This document shows, piece after piece, positions 11,601 through 23,600 of a stretch of DNA of 64,000 nt. A program made the position numbers and the translations under genes. The notes below the pieces were generated by a model, which saw only the letters and a list, made by a program, of their open reading frames with translations, was not told where the DNA came from and searched no databases. Source of the DNA: Phoronis australis (taxonomy: Eukaryota; Animalia; Phoronida); the NCBI GenBank assembly GCA_002633005.1, contig NMRA01000479.1:270782-334781 (forward strand), given 5' to 3'. The stretch's first letter is position 1; each line of letters opens with the position of its first letter.

Positions 11601-14600
11601 CAAACAATGACAGTAGTCCAACATCACTTCGACCTTGAACACCCTTGAGGATCATAGCGGGTCCTTGGCCTCCGGAGTCCAGCTCCATTTGGTCATTGAA
11701 AACATTGGACGCTGCATGACCAGTGAGCAATAGATTGACCATATCCTACCATGAAAAACATGTGATGTTATTACACTGAGATTCGTGATGCACAGGTCCA
11801 TTTAAATGAGAGCAAAGCCCGAGTTTAAGTAGACTTGCACGTCATGAATTGAGATATAATTAAGTCACATTTAACAACATGTAAGTTGTGCAACATATTT
11901 ATAATGTAATACACACACAATGGATGCATTTATCAAGTGAATGAACACAGACTGATGTTTTGGTGCAACTCAGTGGCAGGTAGACATTTCTATCTTCAAA
12001 CAGGTCTCCAAACATGTATACAGGAATGAGAACAAAAATTTGAATATCAGATGTACAGCCTTTGAAATAACAGAATGCATGACAACCTAGGTGCACAATC
12101 AGCTATCTTGGCATTTCAAGATGTGCAATTTCTTGAAAATTAATAGACAGCAAACTTCGTGAATGGTCTCGGTGAAGGTATGTTTTTAAGTAAAATCAAC
12201 TTACTCAGAGACCGGAGATTTAAGAGTTCGAACGTTTCGAACTGTAGACTACAGTTTGAAACGTTCAAACTCTTAAATCTCCCGTCTCTGAGTAAGTTGA
12301 TTTTACTTATAAACAAGAAACTTGTTGTCTTCCATTTTTCAACTTCAAAAGAATGTACTTCGTATTGTTGGATAGAATAGTTATTGCACTCAGTCGTATG
12401 ATCATGTATGTATGATAACACAGTTATTGCACTTAGTCGTATCATCACATGTGCATGATAACACAGTTATTGCACTCAGTCGTAATATTACATATGTATG
12501 ATAACACAGTTATTGCACTCAGTCGTAATATTACATATGTATGATAACACAGTTATTGCACTCAGTCGCATCATTACACATGTACGATAACACAGATATT
12601 ACATTGTCCTATCATCATGGATGTATGATAAGTATTGAAAACATCAAAACCATAACTATTATTACTAGTATTATAATTACGACCCAGAACATGCATTTAA
12701 TACCAATAAGGTGTTTCTGTGACCATTTTTGAGAAGGAAACTGATGAAATATCTGACCTTTGTGTCATGTAAATACTGCAACATATCGTTTCCTTTCTAT
12801 CAATGCCACGACCAAAAAGTGATATCAGAGATCACCTGTACCTTGAAGAAATGAATTGTAACCAGTCAGATAAAAAACTACAACAATGTTGTGACTGCTT
12901 AAGGTTATCTCAAACCTTATTTGGCAGTCTCCATTAGTTGTATATCAAAAAGACTTTGTCAACTACCGTATTCACCCTAATAACTGCCCAGGGCGCTTAG
13001 AAAAGTTAGTTTCAAGGGGGCGCTTATTAAAACCCAAGGCAATTGAAACCCGGTCTTCGAAACGGGTGAAATTGGAAGCTAAGACTCATCATATTTACGT
13101 TGTGACGTATCTGAAACCTATGAGACTTTCTACAAAATCGTGGTGCATTGCTATCAAACCTTGTTGCTGAATTACGATCATTTTACAGAAAATTATGCTG
13201 AAATTCAAGGGCGAAAACTCGCCGACTGACTGCTTCGCAATCGTCGATATGGCGACTTGTGTAATATAATAAGGCTAGGCCCCCCATGTGCACGAAATTT
13301 CAGGGGATATGCTACCTCTGTAGTAGTTAAATCCAGGAATAGTGCTCTGATGTTGAAAACCCAGGAATAGCGGCAGTTATGCAATAATACAGGAATAGTG
13401 GCAGTTATGCAAGAATTTTGAGTTATAGGGAGATGGACATATATGTACATGCAGAGTGGGTCCATTGCGTGGTCAGTAAGCTCGTTATATTTAGCTCGTC
13501 ACAGAGAGATGGACATATATGTCCATCGCGCGATGCCACTTAGTTTAGTATTTAAAGCACTGGCTCTCGAAACCAGGGCAGACTGGATCCACCATAGATC
13601 AAAACTTCAGACTACGGGGCACGACTCCAGAGCTGGAAGACAACTTCAGACTACTGAGACGAAGCCGGGGCCAGACGAGCAACTTCTGTGACCAAAGAGT
13701 CTAGGAGGAAGGACAACTGAGGTATAGACATTTAACACGGGCGTTGGTCTCAGCCTGTTAGTCAATTTGAACCGGCTAGTGATTGTTCTGGAGGGTTAGT
13801 TCTGTTGTGACTTGTTTTGTGTTGGCGTGTGCGATAGCTACGGGGAACCAGTGGCACTGTTGATTAGTAGTTTTTCCAGTAGGGATATCTTGTCTCAATC
13901 AGATAGTCCTCAGTCTCACAACTTATTGTAATCTATAATTTGTAAATTACAACGCTGCAAATTAATAGACATATTCTATTGTTAAAGTATTCGTGTGTTG
14001 TTTTACTTATTACCACGTGCGCGCCATTTATCGGCCACAACACGCATTGATATACCACACTTGAATGCTTGAATAAAAATACAGTTTCGACTCAAGCAAA
14101 TTACCTGAAATCCTCCTTAAGTTTTCCAAATAGAGTCCCTAAGATTTTTAAGTTCCCGTGGAGTCGGGATAAGGGCGGATTTAAGTACAAATATGTGCTA
14201 CATCGTGTCATCTATGATCGGCAACACAAGAAAAATCCCTAGACAACACACGTTGTTGTCACGTGACGTTTGTTTTGAAGTTCGTCTGCGTTTGTGAGTA
14301 AGCGAGCGTGCGTGTCACCAGAGTTCATTTGCCAGAGTAGAGACCGTCTTTGGCCAGAGTAAACCCAATCTAACGAGCTAGATGTGCATTGTATCTAAAG
14401 AAATTAGCACAAGCAGTAGGCCTAAACCAGAACGTGTTTCATTCAGCACTTGCCGGTCTCATGAGCTAAAAACATTAGATATTTGTCTCAGTATGACCCA
14501 TCTCAGTCGCCGTGTGGATGGATGCGTACGTAACTATCTGACACTTATTTTTCGATGTAAGGGTGTGTAAGCATTCACTGTCAGTTGTCATTTTATCGGA

Positions 14601-17600
14601 TATTCGGCTTAAAAACATCAATTATGGTTAATCAAACAATATATCTTAAAAATAATGCAAACATTTTTTATAGAATTAGAAACGGTCGGAAATTAGTGCC
14701 AATATTCATTTCTTGCCGATGCTATGCAACCCGTTTCATGAATGGAAAGTTCCCGACAAATATCTTTGATGACAGGTTCATGTATGTAGCGCGCGCTTCC
14801 TGGCAACGTGCTTTTAACACTGGCCAAGTTTTTTATTAGTCTTCGATTCGCGGTTTTGACGTGTACAAAGAAATTTGGATTCCTGTTAAAAGCAAGAAAT
14901 ATTTACAAAACAATCCTGTAGACAAGTACACTACGTCTGGTCTGAAACGCCAGACCATTGGAACTCGCAAAACTTTTGCGTTCGTTTTGAGGCATGGCGG
15001 AAGTTTGAAGTGTATAGTCACAGCTAAATACCGACACACCAGCGAGGTTCGTGGTCTACAAATTCTGCGCACATGATTTTTTCAGGACTGTCGAATAGTA
15101 TTGATAAATTGAAGATGTTACTGTAGAATTTTAGGACTGTAGGTAAGGCATTTTTCGCACGTACACGTTCATGGACTGGGCGCTTATTTTAGCAACGTCT
15201 GAAAACGCATGAGGGGTGCTCATAGGGGCATGGACAGTTATTAGAGTGAATACGGTAATAAAAGTATATACTTTCTAAAAGAAAAAGGTTAAGGGTAACA
15301 AAAAATGTTTAAATTTATGTGCCATTATTATTATTTATTATTAACACCATTAAATTTCATTTTTAAGGAAGGCACATTCATTCCAAAATAACCCCTCCTT
15401 CGACTTTTATGAAATGGTTTTTAAATGAAAACTTCACCAAATACTTCAGTAACGCTGCTAGGAATTTTCGATTAGTCTTTTATTTTATTTTCTATGACAA
15501 ATCAACTTGCAAACTTGTAAAAAATACCACTCCCATTCATTTTTGATACATTACACAAAAACTAAGCCATTATATTGAAAATCCTAAAATCGTTTTGATG
15601 AATAAATGTTAAGTTGGGGAAGTTTCAAGAACTCATGTTCCTAAGTTCAAGTTAAGTTGATCTGAAGCCGAGAAAAAGCCGATTAAGTTGTGAGAGGTGA
15701 AAGTCTCAAGATCTTAACTATTTAGTGAAAACTTGTTTTCGGGGTCAATATAACCAAAACATGCCTTACCATGTTCGCTATTTCAACATTGCTCGCAATG
15801 TCCACTGAATTTGCAGTCTGTAAATAACTTAATTATTGCTAAAACGTTAATTTTGTGACTGTTTCCAGTCTGATGGGCAGGTCAACTGTTGACCTACTTA
15901 AAAATAGGTTATATACATCACGTGCCATGAGACTAAATGTGAAATTAAGTAAAAAATACTCAACACAAATTGAGTCTGCAATTAAAGTGCGTCATGAGCA
16001 AGAGATTGAAACAGCAAAATGCCAATGAAATTACCTATCAAGTTAATGAATTTGGGTGAGGATTTATCTCTTTTCACAAGTTGATGTGTTCATGAGCACA
16101 ACGTCACAGAGACGTGTGGTGACTTGAGGCATTCGTTCTCAGCGGTCGTAAACATGCAGCTGCACAACTCTCTCAGGATCAAAACATTATTTTGTCTTCA
16201 TTTCCCTGGTCTTCTTTCCTCCATATATACACCTCTTTGACTCAATATTATGACGACTCATTGAGTGAAAGGACTTAGGGTACAAACGGAACTGCTATGC
16301 CTTGCAAGATTCGATTTGAGTGACCACCTTACTAGTTTGTAAACTTTGACCACGGATAAGTAGCAAAAAAATTTCCACGCAGATGTGAAGTTTAGTAAAC
16401 AAATTTCCACACAGCTGTGCAGTTCTGGTTCTACTCAATCTTTTTTTCTCGCTACACTGTATTTTGTATTTGAAGTTCTCAGAGGAGAATGAAAATAACT
16501 TAGGTATTTTGCTAGACATTTGTGAACTAATTGTAAAAACGGAATTTTTTAATAAGGTTTGCGATATCCTTATTATAATATACCCTAAACAAAATAATAA
16601 ATAACAATTTTGTTTACACATTTGGAAATGGCAAGCAAAAGATCCAAAACAATTGCAATTGATTTCTTCCAAGGCTTTTGAAATCAGTATTTCACAAATA
16701 AGAAAATCCTAATTAACAGGACACCTGTCTTACCTGAGTACAGTAGCCATGTGCACCCATTAACTGGCCAGTAGGCACATCCATGTCATTTCTTACTCTG
16801 AAAAACAAACCCCACGAAAAGTGATTACTAACGTCTGAAGATTTATTTTGAAACTGTGTTAACACTTGAACTGAAATCTTTTAAAGCTGTATATCACGCC
16901 GTTATGCTGACAAGAAACGGAAATTCAATTAGGCCTCTTACTCTCATAAAATAAACCTCATAATATTCCTCACCATGATAAGATTTCATTTCCTACCAAT
17001 TCAAGTCACAACCAATGCATACACGCAACATTTTCCAATTCGCAATTTCAGGGATGGCCAACCCTAATGAACACTAAAACGCTGGTGGTTTTGATGTTCT
17101 TGCTGGTAGCAAAAAGAGAATTTTTTCATTCTAAAGAATGTTAGGAGACTGATATTATGAGAGTAAAAGGACAAATTTGATTTTTGTTTTTAGCAAATTA
17201 AACAAAGCACAGTACTGCTTTAACTTCAATCATGCAGATGAAAACAGACCAAACACATGAGAAAGTCCACCAAAATTATCATGACGGACCTATTACTGGT
17301 GAAAATTCAAGCCAAAACACAATGAGATTTTTTAATTGAAGCGCAAGTTTCAGTTACCCCATTCCCTGCCAACACAATAGAGAGCCAGCTGGCTGGGCTG
17401 CCTCATTTAAAAAGGTATTATAAAATTCTCCAAATGAATTAGAACTACTTGTGACCTTCCCTTTGACTCGGATTTTCATATGGAGGACAATCAGAAACCT
17501 CCTACATGGTAGTTACAGTGGCTCAGAACTGCTTTTGTCAAAATGACACATCTCAATACATTAGGTTGGTTGAATTACAGTCTACTATTTTATATGAAAT

Positions 17601-20600
17601 AAAATAATATAAAAGGTAAGCAATATGTCTGATCACACAGTTTTTATTTTAAAACATGCATACAGATACATATAATAGGCAAAAGGAAAAGTTTGTCTGA
17701 GAAAATAAACATGGCTGTAGAATAGTCTATTTTACCAAAAATAATATCAAGAATCTAGTGACAAAGTGAGATCTGTTAGCAAATACACATCTATAAGTGC
17801 TGCATATCAAAATACATAATCAAATACCACAACTTCTATCTTACATGATATACAGAAGTTTAGGTTGTGAGCTTCCACATTAACAAAAACATAATAAACA
17901 AAATACTTGTTGGAGTTAGAAACAGACCTGTGACAATAGAAAAAAATATGCATACCTTTAATTTTGTTTTTGGCCAAAATACGAATACGAACTTTAAAAT
18001 CAGCGCATATGTTAAACGACAACAACAACAAAATACAAAGACTTATTTATTGACATTTCAGTTTATTGTCTCTAAACCATTCTAACGACAATAGACACAA
18101 GTTCACAATATTCTAAACAGAAGACACAGGTGGAGAACAGACTGTACAGGAACGCAAGAGACAATAAACCGAAATTTTTATCAATGTCATTGCTTACATA
18201 TGCGCTGATTTCAAAGCTCGTATTTAGCCTAGTATTTCGGTCACGGCAGAAATAATATAATTTTTCACCTCATACTTGGTTTCATATTACATGTTTTTTT
18301 GATATACAACCTATCGCAATTGTTCTCTTGCTTTTGCCAACCAGACAAAACAATTGAAAAATAGGATAAAAAATTTGTTCATGGTGAAATGTAAAAGATG
18401 TCGACATTACAAATATAATGCCATGGTTTTACATTAAATCCGACTCAGTCACCAAGAATTATTTTAATACTATGTGATACTTCATATCAATTACACCCCT
18501 TTTAATATTATACAACACTTGTTTAAGTTGATATCAGTTACAAAGCAAACAGCAGCACCAAGTTATTGGCCTGCTCCACAACATTAGAAATGAACCTGAG
18601 GGTCACACCAAAAAGGAATGAGCAAAGCATGATATATAAAAAATTAATTAGTCTTTTTTGCCGTCTTAATCGGTCTATATCCACATCGCCTCGAATACAG
18701 TCGACCTTACCTTGCCAAGAGGTGTCGTGTTAACCTGTGAGGAAGGTGAGAAACGATGCTAGCGACGTCAGTGGTTCATCTGCAGAGTGAATGCCGCTAT
18801 GTTGCGGTGCATCGTTCCCGCTTGTCCGAACTATGCAGCTGCGAGGAATGCGGGTATATCGTTTTTTTTCGACTTCCTCGAGAGTCCGAAATGCTTAGAA
18901 AGTGGCTCGTGGTAGTGAAGAATGAAAATTACACTGTAAATAGCAAGTATGAGGTCGTGAAACATCTCTGTGTCTGTGGCCAGCAGTCGTCGACAGTGCC
19001 TGAGGAATGTTGGCTTACCAAATAACTATCCATACGTTCCGTTGTCTGAGTTTGTTCACGGCGCCTCTTCATCACTGTATTCCTGTTCGAATTGATAGCC
19101 TGTGAAACTTAACGATCCACCTGTGAAGTCTTCGTCGGGTTCAACTGATGAGCTCTCGTCTAAGTCACATGGGATTGTCATTGCCATGTTGATGTTTGTT
19201 ACTGAGCGTTCTGTTTCAAAATGAACTATTCTCACCCTAACCAATACTTATATAAAACTTAAACAGCGTCAGCCTCATTAGATGTAATTTGTAATGCCTT
19301 TGGAGTGTTCGTGAGTGCAAATGATTCGAGAAGCCAGCAGTGAATAAATCACTGCGTTACCGGCTTTAGGTGCAACAAAACTAATTGACGGGACACCGAG
19401 GCCGTGTAAGCTCATGCTAATTTAAGTGTTTGCTGGCAAAAACTGTTGTGAAACAACTCAGTCGATTTCCATCCCACAACCTGGTGTTAGGGGAGTCTTT
19501 AATTGTCAATGTACAACTTCTGCCCTGACGGTGCTGTGGCCAACGCGGAACCTGAAGTCGCGGCCCCCCACGAGTAAGTAGATTTGCAGTTCTGTGGGTA
19601 TTTCACCAACATAATCACGTGCACATTACTTTGGCTCACTAGTATAGTATTTTCTTGACTGGAAGTTTAGTTTCCAACTTTCGCTGATTTATGTTCGTGA
19701 TGCCTGACCAATTTCCGAGCCACTGGCCGGCGGGATGATGAGTCAATCCGGCCGGCTGGCCGCTGCGACGGGCCTGATCGGGCTCCGAGCCACTGGCCGG
19801 CGGGATAATGAGTCAATCCGGCCGGCTGGCTGCTGCGACGGGCCTGATCGGGCTCCGAGCCACTGGCCAGGATAACAAGCGTTTTTTGTGTTTAGAACTA
19901 AAAAAATCACAAGTCTAAACAACACAGATCTAGGTTCACCTGTCTGTATCTCACGGAAAATATTTTGAATTTATCTCCAAACAGACCCCAAACTCCTGCT
20001 ATGGACCATATTGGCCTGCCGAACTTTGTAGGCTACAGTGTGTCCAAATACCAATAAATCTGCAACAGCGAAATAAAACAACACGTTTTTATAAGAACTC
20101 TATGCATTTTTAAGGGTTTTACATCAAAGTTTCATTATTTATTGGTGCTAAACGATGACTTCAAGCTATAAGCTGACACCAGTAACCCGTGTTGTGAACT
20201 GCTGAACAGACTGCGTGTGAAACCAATTAAGTCATTGGATAATTTCAACACCTCCGTCTGCCGTCAGGTGTCAGGTAACTCAACCGCACTTGGCGTTATG
20301 GAGTAGAACTACTCGATCTAAATTGATACAAATTATGTTGTTTTTTGGGTGGCATGCTCCGTTAAGAACAAGGCAGAATCCCTATTCAAAACAATATCAA
20401 CTGGCGCTAGATGTCTCACCTACACTTCAGTGAAAAATTTTAAAAAAATCTGCAGGTTCCTTTTTGAGATGTCATGACAACAATATTGTGTGATATGTAG
20501 ACAGAACTCTGTGAATACTATGTCTACCACATCGTTCTGTGGGGGACAACAAAATCACACTAACGACATTGTGTGATGTACAGACACACTGTTTCGAGTT

Positions 20601-23600
20601 TGGACTTAAAACTGTAAATTAAAAAAATGAATGAAAAAATCACACAGCTTTCATTTGCAAAACGAGCAAATTTTAAATAACGATGTTCATATACCACTTC
20701 TCTATCAAATTTTAAATAACGATGTTCATATACCACTTCTCTATCAAATTTTAAATAACGATGTTCATATACCACTTCTCTATCACACAGCTCAAAACTA
20801 GCTCCAAGCAAATAGCAAGGCACTGTCGCAACTGGCAGTGGTATATGACATGTGTTCATTTTGAGAAACATTTTTCTCCACTGAACAAACGGTATCAAAC
20901 TGGTCCTCAAAATTTGGCATGTTAAGTAGGACTATTGCAAGGGATGCAGCAATTAAGGATATTTCCAACCTTATTCACAAAAATGGGCCATTTTTACAAT
21001 ATTTCACTTGTGTCTAGCAAAATACTTTATCTTCATTCTCGGGGAACTTCAAATACGAAATATATACTGCGTAGCGAGAAAAAAAAGATTTAGCAGAACC
21101 ACCTTGGAACCGCACAACCGCGTGGATATTTGTTTACCACTTATCCAAGGTCAAAGGTTAAAGGGCTTTCAAGTAAATTGAGTCTCCCGCCAGGTACAGA
21201 ACAGCTTCGGTATACCCTCAGTCCTTTCATTCACAAATTCGCCATAACATTGAACCAACGAGGTGTGGTTATGATAGAATGGTGCCGGGGAAAACAAAGA
21301 CAAAACGTAGTTTTGATCCTAAGGGAGTTGTGCGTCTACATGCATACGACCGTTGACGTTGAAAACGAATGCTACGAGTTGCCTCAGGCCTCAGTCTGGT
21401 CATGAACACAGAAAGTTGTGAAAAGAGATAAATCCTCCCCCTTATTCCTTAATTCAATTATTAAGTTAACATTTCGATGTTTCGATTTCATGTTAACGAC
21501 TTACTTTAACCACCAATTCAATTTTTGTTATCCATTTCTTACTTGGTTTGGTATCAGTCTCCCAGCACGTGACGTGTACAGGCTATGAACTGTGACCTAC
21601 TTAGAAAGTAGGTCGTACAAAATGGCAGAAGTTGGCTGCGAAAGATAGGTCTATTTGAGGTTTTAATGATATTTAAGTTAGTTACGCACTGCAAAATTAG
21701 TTAACATTGCAAGAAAACATTGAAATTGGTGACATAGTTAAGGATTCTATAGGTTATGTATACCGAAAACAAGTTTTCACAGAATAATTAACCAAAGACT
21801 TAGAGATTTTCACGTGTCCCAGTTTAATCGGCTTTTTCTCGGCTTCGGCAAATCGACTTTATTTGAACTTAGGAACACGAGTTCTCGAAAATGGCTCGAT
21901 GGATTTCGCTGAAACTTTCCAAACTTAATATTTAGTCACCAATCTCAAAAACGCTGTTTTTGATATAGAAGCTTAGTTTTTGTGTAATGTGGCAAAAACG
22001 AATACGACTTCAATTTTTTACAAAAATACCTTACGTTTTGCGAGTTTATTTGTCATAGAAACCAAACGAACAAACTAATCAAAAATTCCTAACAGCGTTT
22101 TTGAGGTAATTGATGAAGCTTTCATTTAAAAAAGGTTTCGTTAAAATCGACCGAGGGGTTATTTTGCTATGAATGTACCTTTCTTAAAAATGGAATTTTT
22201 ACTTAAAAAAGGTTTTTACGTGAAAATAATGACAAATAAATACAAAAAGTATATTTATATTTCCTGGTCTTTGTTCTTTCAGAAAATATATACTTTTACT
22301 AGTTGACAAAGCTTAGTTTTTTTGATATACGAGTTAGAACAGAGGCCACTAAATAAGGTTTGAAATAACCTTAAGCCAATATGAAGTGATGTTTGTATCT
22401 GGCATTATGTCCTCGCATTGTATCCCTGTTAAGTCTTCTTAAGTTACTTCTCGCATAAAAACATTATTCACGTAATTTATAATCCTTGTTTTTTTCCATC
22501 TCGTGTTAAGAGGTTCACTGCGTCACCATCAACCAATGTTTTCCAGTGGGAGGACACTCTTGCTTTGGCACCTCTGCGTTGCTTCCCTTTGACAACTGCA
22601 CTGACTGAAAAAAGGCATACATGTTAGAACGCATAACAAATACCAGACTTGCTAGTGTGTAAGGCATACATGTTAGAATGCATAACATATACCAGACTTG
22701 CTAGTGTGTAAGGCATACATGTTAGAATGCATAACATATACCAGACTTGCTAGTGTGTAAGGCATACATGTTAGAATGCATAACATATACCAGACTTGCT
22801 AGTGTGTAAGGCATACATGTTAGAATGCATAACAAATACCAGACTTGCTGGTGTGTAATGCATGGTGAAAACATTTTTCACTTTTCCAAATATGAAACAT
22901 GAAGTCTACAGATTCAGGAAAAATATAAATTAAAGCAAATAAGAGTGTAAAATTGACATGTCATTTCTACCAGCACGTATCAATCCTTTTTGATGGCGAA
23001 CTTGGTTTGCCAAGCTGCATTTGGCGAGGTGGTGTTATGCTAAGCATCGAGCCCTTTGAGTTCAGTGAGGGAATTTTTAAAGAAAATGGAATCTGAGTAG
23101 AAGCTGCTAGTAAGAAGTGAATTTTAATCGAAGCCTTAGTGAATCACTCAGAAACTCATCATTCTCTCTTTGTCAAACCTTATTTTAAGACAATTTCCAA
23201 AGCAATCGCGTCATTATTGCCAACACAAAAAAAAACGGATTTGGTCTTTTGAGCAACTTTAGACTATTTTAAATACAACAAATTTGTTACAAACTAATTG
23301 CATAAAATAGAAAAAGTGCAATAAGCATAACAAAAAGAAGTAGGTTTCGCGCGCAAACGCTGTGGACCATAAACAAGTACGTCTCTTACTATCAAACTGC
23401 GAGTGAAGTCGTGGTGGTGCAGTGGTAAAGAATGTGTGCTTTATCTGCAAGGTAGTGAGTTCAAGGCTGTGGTAATTGCAGTGTTTCATGTTTGACACAT
23501 TCTCCGTTTTTGTTTTTTCTCTTTCTTTGCCTTTTTTTCTTGGATAATACTTCAGGAATCAAGGAAAATGCTTGATTTTTAGAGGAAAAAACAGAAAAAT

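Larger units (their letters stand above)
12903..16569. mobile_element. Kolobok-type non-autonomous element, copy 1 (interrupted at 12966-15255)
   Basis: TTAA at left; 19-bp TIR ggttatctcaaaccttatt / aataaggtttgcgatatcc; homologous in reverse orientation to 20957-22370 and 36623-38062. Confidence 0.8.

Noticed and set aside
11899-12096. Possible LINE ORF2 C-terminal remnant or extra MINDY4 exon
   Set aside because: Not needed for the gene model (exons 13 and 14 join in phase), and the similarity is too weak to call
16295-16672. 125-aa ORF and similar ORFs at 36559-37329 and 21130-21405
   Set aside because: They fall in Kolobok-type MITE copies, and the reading frames are not conserved between copies
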